Shown here one piece after another: positions 1 to 8,541 of a stretch of 24,000 bases of DNA. Source of the DNA: Acidaminobacteraceae bacterium (lineage in GTDB: Bacteria > Bacillota > Clostridia > Peptostreptococcales > Acidaminobacteraceae); assembly GCA_041741755.1 (NCBI GenBank), contig JBGSJR010000007.1:89954-113953 (forward strand), in the 5' to 3' direction. Position 1 is the first letter of the stretch. Each line of letters starts with the position of its first letter. The position numbers were made by a program, and so were the translations under genes. Below the pieces are notes generated by a model, which searched no databases, had not been told where the DNA came from, and worked only from the letters and a program-made list of their open reading frames with translations.

Positions 1-365
1 CAACATTCGGCTTTATTATGACTCAGTTCTTAACGGTGCCACTTATTAAAATCTTCAACAGTGATCCTGAACTATTAGCCATTGCAACAAAGGGAATGCG
101 TATTTTCCTATGTATGCTTCCTGTAATCGGTTTCCAAATTATCAGTGCAAACTACTTCCAAGCCGTTGGAAAAGCGCCTAAAGCTATCTTCTTGAGTATG
201 CTTAGGCAAGTGATCGTGTTAATCCCACTACTCCTAATCTTGCCAAGATTCTTTGGTCTGACGGGTGTTTGGTTTGCAGGACCTATCGCTGACCTCACAG
301 CATCGTTGATGACAGCCTTCTTCCTTTTCCATGAAATGCGTCACCTTGATGAACCTACACCTTGA
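1..365 (+). CDS. MATE-family efflux transporter, C-terminal fragment (5' end lies outside the window)
   Basis: The frame of ORF 18..365 stays open back to nt 3 (TFGFI precedes the listed Met). The sequence is hydrophobic and helix-rich (QAVGKAPKAIFLSMLRQVIVLIPLLLILPRFFGLTGVWFAGPIAD), typical of the last helices of MATE exporters. A terminator follows directly. Confidence 0.7.
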   Translation, partial: TFGFIMTQFLTVPLIKIFNSDPELLAIATKGMRIFLCMLPVIGFQIISANYFQAVGKAPKAIFLSMLRQVIVLIPLLLILPRFFGLTGVWFAGPIADLTASLMTAFFLFHEMRHLDEPTP

Positions 366-392
366 TAAACACATAAAATAAATCAAATGAAA

Positions 393-436
393 AACGGCTC
401 GGTTCAACAAATGAACCTGAGCCGTTATTTTTTTTT
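393..436. terminator. Bidirectional rho-independent terminator between convergent MATE and SDR genes
   Basis: Stem AACGGCTC (393-400) pairs with GAGCCGTT (419-426). A T-run at 425-436 follows on the + strand, and a short T-run follows on the - strand (A-run 391-394). Confidence 0.8.
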
Positions 437-447
437 GCGCGTCTTAA

Positions 448-1152
448 CTACTTTGGACGACTGATCGTGATATCTGTCACATAGACTTTGCTGTCCATGG
501 CGATACGAACGATGTTTCTTGCCACATCAGCAGGGTCCATGAACGTATCGACGTCGTATCCAGACTGTGTTTCCTTCCAAAACGGCGTTTTCATGCCGCC
601 GGGAAAGATATTGATAATCTCAATGTTCTTGTCACACAGTTCATCGCGAAGTGATTCGAGATACCCTCTAGCGCCCCATTTAGCCGCATTGTAGATGGTT
701 TCGTTTTTCTTACCCTTAAGCGCTGCTGTAGATAAAACGCTGATGATGCGCTTATCTTCATAAGGCTCTTCTTTAAGCATAAAACCTGTCATCTTCGAGG
801 TAAACAGCATGAGGCCTATCATATTCGACTTCAAAACGTCGTCGATGGCATGTCTTGTGATGCCAGTTACCGGTCCATAATAGGTCGTACCCGCGACATT
901 ATAAAGATGCTTGATGCGTTTTTCCGACGTTTCAAGTGTTTCTATAAATGCGTTGACATCTTCTTCATCAGAGATATCCAGCGAATACGCCAATACATCT
1001 GCCTTAACCGAAATCTCTTTAAGCTTGTCTTTCGCTTCATCCAGCTTGGCCTGATCACGTCCTAAAATGATAACGTGTTCATCCATCATGATCAAGTGTC
1101 TGGCAATCTCAAATCCCAGACCAGAGCTTCCACCAGTAATTAAATGATACAT
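448..1152 (-). CDS. Short-chain dehydrogenase/reductase (SDR) family oxidoreductase
   Basis: N-terminal Rossmann motif TGGSSGLG and catalytic YNAAK are present. I moved the start from 1191 to the ATG at 1152 (MYHLITGG...), which has AAGGAGG 6 nt upstream. The 13 aa extension has no RBS. Confidence 0.85.
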   Translation of the reverse strand: MYHLITGGSSGLGFEIARHLIMMDEHVIILGRDQAKLDEAKDKLKEISVKADVLAYSLDISDEEDVNAFIETLETSEKRIKHLYNVAGTTYYGPVTGITRHAIDDVLKSNMIGLMLFTSKMTGFMLKEEPYEDKRIISVLSTAALKGKKNETIYNAAKWGARGYLESLRDELCDKNIEIINIFPGGMKTPFWKETQSGYDVDTFMDPADVARNIVRIAMDSKVYVTDITISRPK

Positions 1153-1272
1153 TGGCCCCTCCTTATACTTGAAGAAATTTCCTAATTCCAAATTGTATGA
1201 ATTTCATTTATCAAAACGGCTTGATTCAGCGATATTTACATTCGATAAACGGAATTTCGCAACTTAAAAGGT

Positions 1273-1287
1273 AATTATGGAATTTCC
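1273..1287 (+). repeat. Dispersed intergenic 15-nt motif, copy A (AATTATGGAATTTCC)
   Basis: Matches copies at 6108-6122 and 18290-18304 at 14 of 15 positions. It lies about 120 nt upstream of the SDR start and overlaps the palindrome ATGGAA-T-TTCCAT (1277-1289). Confidence 0.5.
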
Positions 1288-1348
1288 ATGCTTATTCATT
1301 AATAATATACCATTCTATACTGGTTTCAAACAATCACAGCACTTCGAC

Positions 1349-4300
1349 CTATTTTTCGAGTTTCATCAAGAGTTCGCCCGATTTGACAGCATTGCCTTCT
1401 TTCGCATAGATTTCCGATACGACTCCATCTGCTAAGACGACGACACTGGTCTCCATCTTCATGGCTTCAACGATGGCTACGACTTGATTTTCTTTGACGA
1501 CATCCCCCGTTTTAACGAGAATTTTTACGACTTTTCCAGGAATGGACGAGCCGACTTCATATTTATTGTCTGGATCAGCCAGTATCGCTTCCTGCACTAC
1601 CGCATCAAACTTAGACCCTCTGTCTTTAATTTGAACCTCACGACGGTTGCCGTTGACCTCATAAGTGAGCTTCACTTGACCAACACTGTTGACTTTGCCT
1701 ATCTCAAGTAGCTTGACGATCAACTTTTTACCCGAAGCGATCTCAACTTCACACGTCTCACCTTCGTACATACCATGGAAGAAGACATCTGAACCAATTC
1801 TAGATTGGTCGCCATGCTCTTCCTTGACTTTTAAATAGTCTTCAAACACTTTCGGATACAGTGCGTAGCTGAGGATCTCATCCATTTCAAACGTGCGTTT
1901 ATAGGTGGTTTCAAGTTTTACTTTGATCGCATCAAAGTCTTCAGGCGGCAGAAGCTCACCCGGTCTACATGTGATTGGTTCTTCACCTTTGAGCACAATG
2001 CGCTGAAGTTCTACTGGAAAACCACCATCTGGTTGCCCCATCATACCCTGGAAATACGATACAACAGAGTCTGGGAATGCAAGATCTGCCCCTTTTTCCA
2101 TCAAGTTTTGTGGCGTGAGGTCATTTTGCACCATGAAAATGGCCATGTCGCCCACCGCTTTAGATGATGGCGTTACTTTTACGATGTCGCCGAAAATCTC
2201 GTTGACTTCTTTGAACATCTCTTTGACTTCGCCAAAGCGATGACCAAGCCCAAAGCTCTCTACTTGCGGCTTTAAGTTTGAGTACTGCCCACCTGGAATC
2301 TCGTATTTGTAAATTTCAGCAGACGTGGATTTTAAATCCGATTCAAATTGTTTATAAACTGGACGCACATCTTGCCAGTAGTCGCTGATTTCCTGAAGTT
2401 TACCAAGGTCAAACTGCGTGTCGCGCTCCGTATTTTCAAGTGCTGCCACGATGGCGTTCAGTGCAGGCTGTGACGTCAGACCCGACATGCTCGACATGGC
2501 TGTGTCGACGATATCCACACCGGCTTCAGCCGCCATAAGCAGTGTTGAGACGCCATTGCCTGTCGTATCATGGGTATGCAGGTGAATTGGCATACTGATT
2601 TCATTTTTCAGTGCTCTGATGAGCTTTGTTGCGGCATACGGCTTGAGTAGTGCGGACATATCTTTGATACATAGGATATGAGCCCCTGTTTTTTCAAGCA
2701 TTTTTGCCTTGTCTATATAATACTGGAGTGAATACTTGTCTCTGCTTTCATTTAAAATGTCACCGGTATAGCAGATGCAGGCTTCAGCAACTTTGCCAGC
2801 GTTTAACACTTCATCAATGGCCACTTCCATGCCCTTTTGCCAGTTCAACGAATCGAAAATTCTGAACACGTCGATGCCGCGTTTCGCAGATTCCTTGATG
2901 AACGCGCGCACCACATTGTCGGGGTAATTTTTATACCCTACTGTATTGGCGCCCCTGATCAACATTTGCAGCAATATATTTGGAATCTTTTCACGAACGA
3001 GGTCCAGTCTCTCCCAAGGTGATTCGTTCAAATAACGGTAGGCCACGTCAAATGTTGCACCGCCCCACATTTCAAGTGAAAATAAATCACTTGCATGGTA
3101 TGCCGTCGCAGAGGCGACCTTCTTGATGTCTACAGTACGCATACGCGTTGCAATCAGAGACTGCTGGGCATCACGCATCGTACAATCCGTAAGCAACAGC
3201 TTTTTCTGCCCATGAATCCAATCGACAAGACCCTTTGCCCCTTGTTCATCAAGGATATGTTTCGTACCGCTCAATGCACTTTTGGGAATCTCTTTGTCAT
3301 AAACAGGGACTCTTGGTACATCGAACTCTTCCTTCTCACCTTTCGTCACATTGACGACTTTCTCACCGATAAATGACAGGACTTTGAACTCTATGTCAGC
3401 TTTAGGCGCGATTTCAAACAGTGAACGGTTTTCTGCGATGAAATTCGTATCGCAAGCACCTGCTATAAATTGTGGATGATTGAGGACATTAATCAAAAAT
3501 GCGATATTCGTCTTGACGCCGCTGATCTTCATCTCGCCAAGTGCTCGAAGCGATTTTCTGACAGCATCTTCCCAAGTACGGCCATGCGAGGTCGCCTTGA
3601 CGAGCAAGCTGTCATAATATGGGCTAATAACCGCACCTGTGAAGCCGTTGCCTCCGTCTAGTCTGATGCCGAAGCCCGAGCCCGAGCGGTAGACGTCAAT
3701 TCTACCCGTATCCGGTGCAAAGTTGTTCGTTGGATCTTCTGTCGTAATACGGCACTGAATCGAGAAACCTCTCGTGACGACGCTCTCTTGATTTGGGATG
3801 CCCACCTCGCTGGAATCAAGTGCATGCCCTTCTGCGATGAGAATTTGACTTTGAACGATGTCGATGCCCGTCACCATCTCAGAGACGGTGTGCTCCACTT
3901 GAATCCTTGGATTCATCTCGATGAAATAGTGATCGCCATTTTTATCGACCAAAAACTCACATGTGCCAGCATTTCTATAGTTTACAGCCCCAGCGATCTT
4001 AAGGGCATCCTCGCAGATTGCCTGTCTTTTTTCTTCTGTTAGGGTGATGGCAGGCGAGTACTCTACGACTTTTTGATGCCTTCTTTGGATGGAGCAGTCG
4101 CGCTCATAAAGGTGCACGAGGTTTCCGTAGTTGTCGCCAAGCACTTGAACTTCGATATGTTTCGGACTTTCCAAATACTTTTCAACGAAGACATCTTCTA
4201 TGCCGAACGCCTTCTTCGCTTCACTTTTTGCACTATGGTATTCGCGAATCAAGTCTTCTGCGTGTCGCACGATACGCATGCCGCGACCTCCGCCACCTGC

Positions 4301-4789
4301 AGAAGCTTTGAGTATAATTGGATAGCCACATTCTTCTGCCGCTTTGACTGCTTCCTCATCTGTGAGAATCGCCGCTTCACCACCTGGGATGACTGGTACG
4401 CCGACGCTGATGGCGACGACCTTTGACTTGATTTTATCGCCCAAGCTATTCATCATACTGGCGTTTGGTCCTATAAAGACAATACCAGCCTCTTCACATT
4501 TTTTAGCAAATTCCGGATTTTCAGATAAAAAGCCGTATCCAGGGTGGATGGCATCGACCCCTTTTTTCTTGGCGAGCTGTATGATTTCTTCTATGTTTAA
4601 ATAGGCGTCGATTGGGCTTTTGCCCTTGCCTACCTGATAGGATTCATCTGCTTTTGTTCTGAAAAGTGACGCCTTATCCTCTTCCGAATAGATTGCCACC
4701 GTTCTAATGCCTAGTTCGTGGCAAGCTCTAAACACGCGGATAGCGATCTCACCTCTGTTTGCGACGAGGACGCGCTTAAATTTTTGCAT
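1349..4789 (-). CDS. pyc: Pyruvate carboxylase (biotin carboxylase + carboxyltransferase + biotinyl carrier domains)
   Basis: A single 1146-aa ORF. It has the N-terminal biotin carboxylase ATP-grasp region (KVLVANRGEIAIRVFRA, GGGGRGMR), a central HMGL-like carboxyltransferase region and the C-terminal biotinylation motif EAMKME. The RBS is GGAGGTG, 6 nt before the ATG. Confidence 0.97.
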   Translation of the reverse strand: MQKFKRVLVANRGEIAIRVFRACHELGIRTVAIYSEEDKASLFRTKADESYQVGKGKSPIDAYLNIEEIIQLAKKKGVDAIHPGYGFLSENPEFAKKCEEAGIVFIGPNASMMNSLGDKIKSKVVAISVGVPVIPGGEAAILTDEEAVKAAEECGYPIILKASAGGGGRGMRIVRHAEDLIREYHSAKSEAKKAFGIEDVFVEKYLESPKHIEVQVLGDNYGNLVHLYERDCSIQRRHQKVVEYSPAITLTEEKRQAICEDALKIAGAVNYRNAGTCEFLVDKNGDHYFIEMNPRIQVEHTVSEMVTGIDIVQSQILIAEGHALDSSEVGIPNQESVVTRGFSIQCRITTEDPTNNFAPDTGRIDVYRSGSGFGIRLDGGNGFTGAVISPYYDSLLVKATSHGRTWEDAVRKSLRALGEMKISGVKTNIAFLINVLNHPQFIAGACDTNFIAENRSLFEIAPKADIEFKVLSFIGEKVVNVTKGEKEEFDVPRVPVYDKEIPKSALSGTKHILDEQGAKGLVDWIHGQKKLLLTDCTMRDAQQSLIATRMRTVDIKKVASATAYHASDLFSLEMWGGATFDVAYRYLNESPWERLDLVREKIPNILLQMLIRGANTVGYKNYPDNVVRAFIKESAKRGIDVFRIFDSLNWQKGMEVAIDEVLNAGKVAEACICYTGDILNESRDKYSLQYYIDKAKMLEKTGAHILCIKDMSALLKPYAATKLIRALKNEISMPIHLHTHDTTGNGVSTLLMAAEAGVDIVDTAMSSMSGLTSQPALNAIVAALENTERDTQFDLGKLQEISDYWQDVRPVYKQFESDLKSTSAEIYKYEIPGGQYSNLKPQVESFGLGHRFGEVKEMFKEVNEIFGDIVKVTPSSKAVGDMAIFMVQNDLTPQNLMEKGADLAFPDSVVSYFQGMMGQPDGGFPVELQRIVLKGEEPITCRPGELLPPEDFDAIKVKLETTYKRTFEMDEILSYALYPKVFEDYLKVKEEHGDQSRIGSDVFFHGMYEGETCEVEIASGKKLIVKLLEIGKVNSVGQVKLTYEVNGNRREVQIKDRGSKFDAVVQEAILADPDNKYEVGSSIPGKVVKILVKTGDVVKENQVVAIVEAMKMETSVVVLADGVVSEIYAKEGNAVKSGELLMKLEK

Positions 4790-4835
4790 GGTAACACCTC
4801 CAAAATTCTGTTAATAATCTTATAACCTTAGTTTC

Positions 4836-4877
4836 GATGGTTCAGTTTTGATGGTTCAGTTTTGATGGTTCAGTTTT
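4836..4877. repeat. Three perfect tandem copies of a 14-bp unit GATGGTTCAGTTTT
   Basis: Units at 4836-4849, 4850-4863 and 4864-4877 are identical, and a partial unit (GTTTC) precedes them. They lie 47-88 nt upstream of the pyc start codon, just downstream of the predicted pyc -10 box. Confidence 0.95.
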
Positions 4878-4885
4878 TATATTCT

Positions 4886-4914
4886 ATTATGCACATTTGT
4901 TACGAATTTGTCAC
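4886..4914 (-). promoter_or_regulatory. Candidate sigma-A promoter of pyc
   Basis: On the minus strand: GTGACA (4914-4909), 17-nt spacer, CATAAT (4891-4886). Each box matches consensus at 5 of 6 positions. Predicted by eye only. Confidence 0.45.
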
Positions 4915-4917
4915 GAA
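4896..4917. repeat. Two tandem 11-bp direct repeats TTTGTTACGAA / TTTGTCACGAA
   Basis: Copies at 4896-4906 and 4907-4917 differ at one position. The 11-bp period is about one helical turn. They overlap the -35 box and spacer of the candidate pyc promoter. Confidence 0.8.
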
Positions 4918-4987
4918 CTTTTCCGATAAAAAATAATTTATACTTCGGATTTTATAAAATAGACATATTTTGTTTCCAATTGAATTG

Positions 4988-5016
4988 TTTAAAACTAGCA
5001 TGACTTGGGGTATAAT
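4988..5016 (+). promoter_or_regulatory. Candidate sigma-A promoter of the namA-flavodoxin operon
   Basis: Consensus TATAAT at 5011-5016 with a weak -35 box TTTAAA (4988-4993) and a 17-nt spacer. The ORF-track TTG start at 5016 sits inside this -10 box. Confidence 0.35.
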
Positions 5017-5051
5017 TGCTTCGTAACCCAAAACATATTGGAGGAAACCAT

Positions 5052-6101
5052 ATGAATCAATTATTTACACCTTTAAACATCAAATCCGTCACACTCCGCA
5101 ACCGAATCGTCATGGCACCTATGTGCATGTACAGTGCCGATGAGCAGGGTTTTGTTCAGCCTTTTCATAAGACACACTATGCTGCACGAGCCATGGGCGG
5201 AACGGGGTTAGTGATCCTCGAAGCCACTGCCGTTGAGCCTAGAGGCAGAATCTCTGGTAACGACCTCGGTATATGGGACGATGCACATATAGAAGGCCTT
5301 AAACAAATCGTAGAAGAAATCCATAGATACGGTGCAAAAGCTGGCATTCAGCTTGCCCATGCAGGTAGAAAATGCAATGTACGAACAGAAACGGTCATCG
5401 CACCATCACCTATAAGTTTTGATTCAGAGGATCCTGAATTTAAAATGCCACTGGAAATGAGCCCCGAGGATATCTTGACCGTAACTCGAGCTTTTAAAGA
5501 AGCCGCCCGCCGCGCACAAGCTGCAGGCTTTGACGTCATAGAGCTTCATGGTGCTCATGGTTATTTGATCAACGAATACTTATCACCACTCACCAATAAA
5601 CGGTCGGACGAATACGGTTATGCTTCTGAATATGGCACGAAATTTTTAAAAGGCATCATCGAGCAAGTCAGTGAGGTATGGCCAAGTAATAAACCGATCT
5701 TTTTACGAGTATCCTCCGAAGATTACGCAGAAGGTGGCAATACGCCTCTAAAAATCTCAAAAGCACTGAATGCGATTGAAAACATTGGCACAGGCGTTGA
5801 TGTCATCAACGTCAGCTCAGGCGGCGTCGTACCGACGCGCGTGTCTTCCTATGATGGGTATCAGACAAAATTTGCGGAGATTATCAAAGATCAAACAGAA
5901 TTTATGATCATGGCAGGTGGTCGTATCAGAACGTCACAAATGGCCGATGAAATCATTAGGAACGATCGCGCCGACCTCGTGTTCTTAGGCCGTCAACTCC
6001 TTATCGATCCGAATTTCACCATGCACGCCGCTGTGGAACTTAGACAAGAAATCGACTACAGCCCCGTTCAATACGAGCGCTGGAAGACGTCAAGAGCATA
6101 A
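5052..6101 (+). CDS. namA: NADPH dehydrogenase, Old Yellow Enzyme family (YqjM/NamA type)
   Basis: Close to the YqjM pattern: LFTPLNIKSVTLRNRIVMAPMCMY, GIQLAHAGRK and ELHGAHGYLINEYLSP. I moved the start to the ATG at 5052, which has GGAGGA 6 nt upstream. Confidence 0.9.
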   Translation: MNQLFTPLNIKSVTLRNRIVMAPMCMYSADEQGFVQPFHKTHYAARAMGGTGLVILEATAVEPRGRISGNDLGIWDDAHIEGLKQIVEEIHRYGAKAGIQLAHAGRKCNVRTETVIAPSPISFDSEDPEFKMPLEMSPEDILTVTRAFKEAARRAQAAGFDVIELHGAHGYLINEYLSPLTNKRSDEYGYASEYGTKFLKGIIEQVSEVWPSNKPIFLRVSSEDYAEGGNTPLKISKALNAIENIGTGVDVINVSSGGVVPTRVSSYDGYQTKFAEIIKDQTEFMIMAGGRIRTSQMADEIIRNDRADLVFLGRQLLIDPNFTMHAAVELRQEIDYSPVQYERWKTSRA

Positions 6102-6107
6102 ACAGTT

Positions 6108-6122
6108 AATTATGCAATTTCC
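6108..6122 (+). repeat. Dispersed intergenic 15-nt motif, copy B (AATTATGCAATTTCC)
   Basis: Identical to 18290-18304. It lies in the 48-nt gap between the namA stop (6101) and the flavodoxin-like gene start (6150). Confidence 0.5.
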
Positions 6123-6149
6123 CCAATAAAGATTACAGGAGGTAGTATT

Positions 6150-6617
6150 ATGAACATTCAACTGATTGTACATTCACAAACGGGAAATACATTATCCGTA
6201 GCAAGCGCACTACTAGCCGCAATCGAACCGGTTAATCCCAATATCACGCTCACGCATGTTCAAGCTACAAATGAACGCGAAATGGACAAAACTAAAATAG
6301 TCATTAACGAACTACCCGATTGTAACAGTGCGGATTTGATCGTATTTGGTGCTCCAGTCAGAGGCGCCAATGCATCGCCTGCTATCATGAAAACCATTTC
6401 CGATCTTAGTTCACTTGAAGGAAAAAAATGTGTCGTGTTTACAACAGAGTTTTTTCCATTTGACTGGATGGGCGGAAAACGAGCAGTTACTATGATGGAA
6501 AAAGAATTGACAGCACGTGGTGCAAAAGTGGCAAGTCATGCCATCATTCATTGGAAACGCAAAGATCGAGCGCAACAAATCGATCAATTTATCACAGCCT
6601 TCAAGGCTATCTTATAG
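6150..6617 (+). CDS. Flavodoxin-family protein
   Basis: 155 aa. N-terminal FMN phosphate-binding loop HSQTGNT, with alpha/beta-like alternation. The RBS is AGGAGG, 8 nt upstream. Probably co-transcribed with namA. Confidence 0.7.
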   Translation: MNIQLIVHSQTGNTLSVASALLAAIEPVNPNITLTHVQATNEREMDKTKIVINELPDCNSADLIVFGAPVRGANASPAIMKTISDLSSLEGKKCVVFTTEFFPFDWMGGKRAVTMMEKELTARGAKVASHAIIHWKRKDRAQQIDQFITAFKAIL

Positions 6618-6640
6618 GTGCTTCTATGAACCTCCGAATA

Positions 6641-6684
6641 AAAAAAAGAGCTGATTCAGCAGTTACGCTTGATCAGCTTTTTCG
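6641..6684. terminator. Bidirectional rho-independent terminator (flavodoxin gene / DUF3810 gene)
   Basis: Stem AGCTGAT (6649-6655) pairs with ATCAGCT (6672-6678). It is flanked by an A8 run upstream and a T5 run downstream. Confidence 0.75.
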
Positions 6685-6695
6685 ATTATATTGAA

Positions 6696-7859
6696 TTAGT
6701 TTTCAACATACGGTTTATCTCTATAATAGTATCCCAGCAATAAATCGACCATGCGACCATAGCTCTTAACACCATCTGTTTCACCACTTGCTTTCAGATA
6801 CGTATCATTGACTTGATCCGCGACTTCATTGGTCTTGCCTTCATATGCCTTCCAAAACTCGGAGTAGTAAGCCATATCGCGATTGAGACCCTCAGAGTAG
6901 CTATTGCGTAACGTCATAGCAAGTTCTGAATCCTGAGCATATAAGGCATTCATACTGTGAATCAATGCGAGTACGGTACCTGAATAGTTAAAGTCCTTGT
7001 CTGGATGTGAAAGTGCTGTTACGTAGGCGACGAAATTTGCTTCATCCTCTGGTGCGATGCCACGTTGGTGTGCCATTTCATGCAACGTTGTAGCTGGCAA
7101 AAGTAAATCTGGCACTGCGATATTGACATTGGCTTCAGCAGTATAAGGAAAATAAACACCTGTGATTCCCGTATAAAGCATCAATTCCGAGGCAAAGACG
7201 GGCTTGGGTCTACCATAGGGTCCATTGAGCGCTTTAACTGATTTGCCAATCGCATCGTAACCTTCATGCGCACGCGCAAAAATTTCTTTGTAACTGCCTA
7301 GTGATTCCATAACGCCTTCAGAATCCTCAATTTGGTATTCCCTCAATGTGTTTGCGGACTTAATCAGTGACTCGGTCAGTTCAGCAAGGTCCTGTGTGCT
7401 GTATTTCTGTACATTAAATGCCATTATCTCTGAAATGGACACGCGGTTGTAATTGAACCCCCACAGCAACATGAATGCCACATAGAGCACACTTAAATAT
7501 TGTAGTATACGTAGGAGACTTTTAAACAAGCCACCTTTAAAAAGCTTAACAATCAATAAAATGGCAACTATTGGCGCTGCTAACACATGCCCATAGACGA
7601 CAAATTCTGCAATAGAATATTTAAAAAAACCCGTTACCAAACTCATGAGTTCAATCGTCCATTTATTGATGCCCCTAGCAAAAAACAGTTCATAACCAAC
7701 AGCGCTATTTTCAATACTTTTGGATATGATAAAAACTATTGGCACCAAAATAAGTGGAATAAGATCCTTAATAAGCTTATCCCCATCTATGACAACTTTT
7801 TTATGATTCGCTTTGACTGGTTTTTTTTGATCTGATTCTTTTAATTCGGACGTAGACAT
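6696..7859 (-). CDS. DUF3810-type membrane protein with HExxH zinc-metalloprotease motif
   Basis: 387 aa. There are N-terminal TM helices followed by a soluble domain carrying HEMAHQRG (HExxH) and EDEANF. The overall pattern matches my recollection of DUF3810. Confidence 0.7.
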   Translation of the reverse strand: MSTSELKESDQKKPVKANHKKVVIDGDKLIKDLIPLILVPIVFIISKSIENSAVGYELFFARGINKWTIELMSLVTGFFKYSIAEFVVYGHVLAAPIVAILLIVKLFKGGLFKSLLRILQYLSVLYVAFMLLWGFNYNRVSISEIMAFNVQKYSTQDLAELTESLIKSANTLREYQIEDSEGVMESLGSYKEIFARAHEGYDAIGKSVKALNGPYGRPKPVFASELMLYTGITGVYFPYTAEANVNIAVPDLLLPATTLHEMAHQRGIAPEDEANFVAYVTALSHPDKDFNYSGTVLALIHSMNALYAQDSELAMTLRNSYSEGLNRDMAYYSEFWKAYEGKTNEVADQVNDTYLKASGETDGVKSYGRMVDLLLGYYYRDKPYVEN

Positions 7860-7860
7860 T

Positions 7861-8415
7861 TCAATGTTGTCCTTTCTCTATTTCTAAACGATAGAGTACC
7901 ATTTCTGGACCCTCTTCTATTTCTGGATCCACATCAACTGCCCTACCTAACAGCTTAAAGTCAAAATCATCGAGGATACGCTTTGATGGTTCATTGTCAA
8001 TATGCGTGATAGCATCAACGATACTTAGTGAATGATGCGCTTTAATAAACTGGATTATCTCTGCCATAACCTCTCGCATAATGCCTTGATGATGGAAATC
8101 TGGATGTAGTTCATAACCTATCTCAGCTTTCACTTTCCCTTCTTCAAAATTCCAAATGCAAAAAGTGCCTACTACATAATCTGTTTCTCTTAACGTCACG
8201 CCCCAAAAATAGGCTTCTTCGAGTTCAATATCCTTATTCACAGCTTTTATGAATTTTTGAGCACGCACTAAATCTTGATAGGGTTTCATCTCAACGTATT
8301 TTAGCACAATAGGATGCGATCTCAGTGATAGTATGGCAACATCATCTGTCAACTGCAACGGTCTGAGTCTCAATCGCCTTGTTTCTAATATTGGACAACT
8401 AAATTTCCGTGCCAT
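7861..8415 (-). CDS. GNAT family N-acetyltransferase (RimJ/RimL-like)
   Basis: LETRRLRLRPL..D, the typical N-terminus of the RimJ/L subfamily, and a HHQGIMRE acetyl-CoA loop region. I moved the start to the ATG at 8415, which has GGAGG 5 nt upstream. The stop is 1 nt from the DUF3810 start, suggesting an operon. Confidence 0.8.
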   Translation of the reverse strand: MARKFSCPILETRRLRLRPLQLTDDVAILSLRSHPIVLKYVEMKPYQDLVRAQKFIKAVNKDIELEEAYFWGVTLRETDYVVGTFCIWNFEEGKVKAEIGYELHPDFHHQGIMREVMAEIIQFIKAHHSLSIVDAITHIDNEPSKRILDDFDFKLLGRAVDVDPEIEEGPEMVLYRLEIEKGQH

Positions 8416-8541
8416 CGTCGCCTCCACATAAAAGTTCTAAAGAATCCTATCATTTTAGTCAAATGTATTGTATCATCCCATGATATAATAAGCTTGAATT
8501 GAAATTATTATAACATAACTTATCTTACCTTGGAGGATTTT

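Noticed and set aside
1484-4604. Seven + strand ORFs (1484..1711, 2837..3022, 3095..3376, 3470..3661, 3788..4042, 4073..4426, 4344..4604) lying inside pyc
   Set aside because: All are antisense to a 1146-aa gene with unmistakable pyruvate carboxylase domains. None has an RBS, and their translations are low-complexity with no recognisable motifs.
5016-5051. Upstream-extended starts in the ORF track (5016, 8530 and 22337 TTG; 8427 GTG; 1191, 10735, 12170 and 13522)
   Set aside because: In each case an internal ATG sits 4-9 nt after a GGAGG-like RBS and gives an N-terminus typical of the family. The extension would start inside promoter or RBS sequence. For example, 5016 lies inside a TATAAT box.
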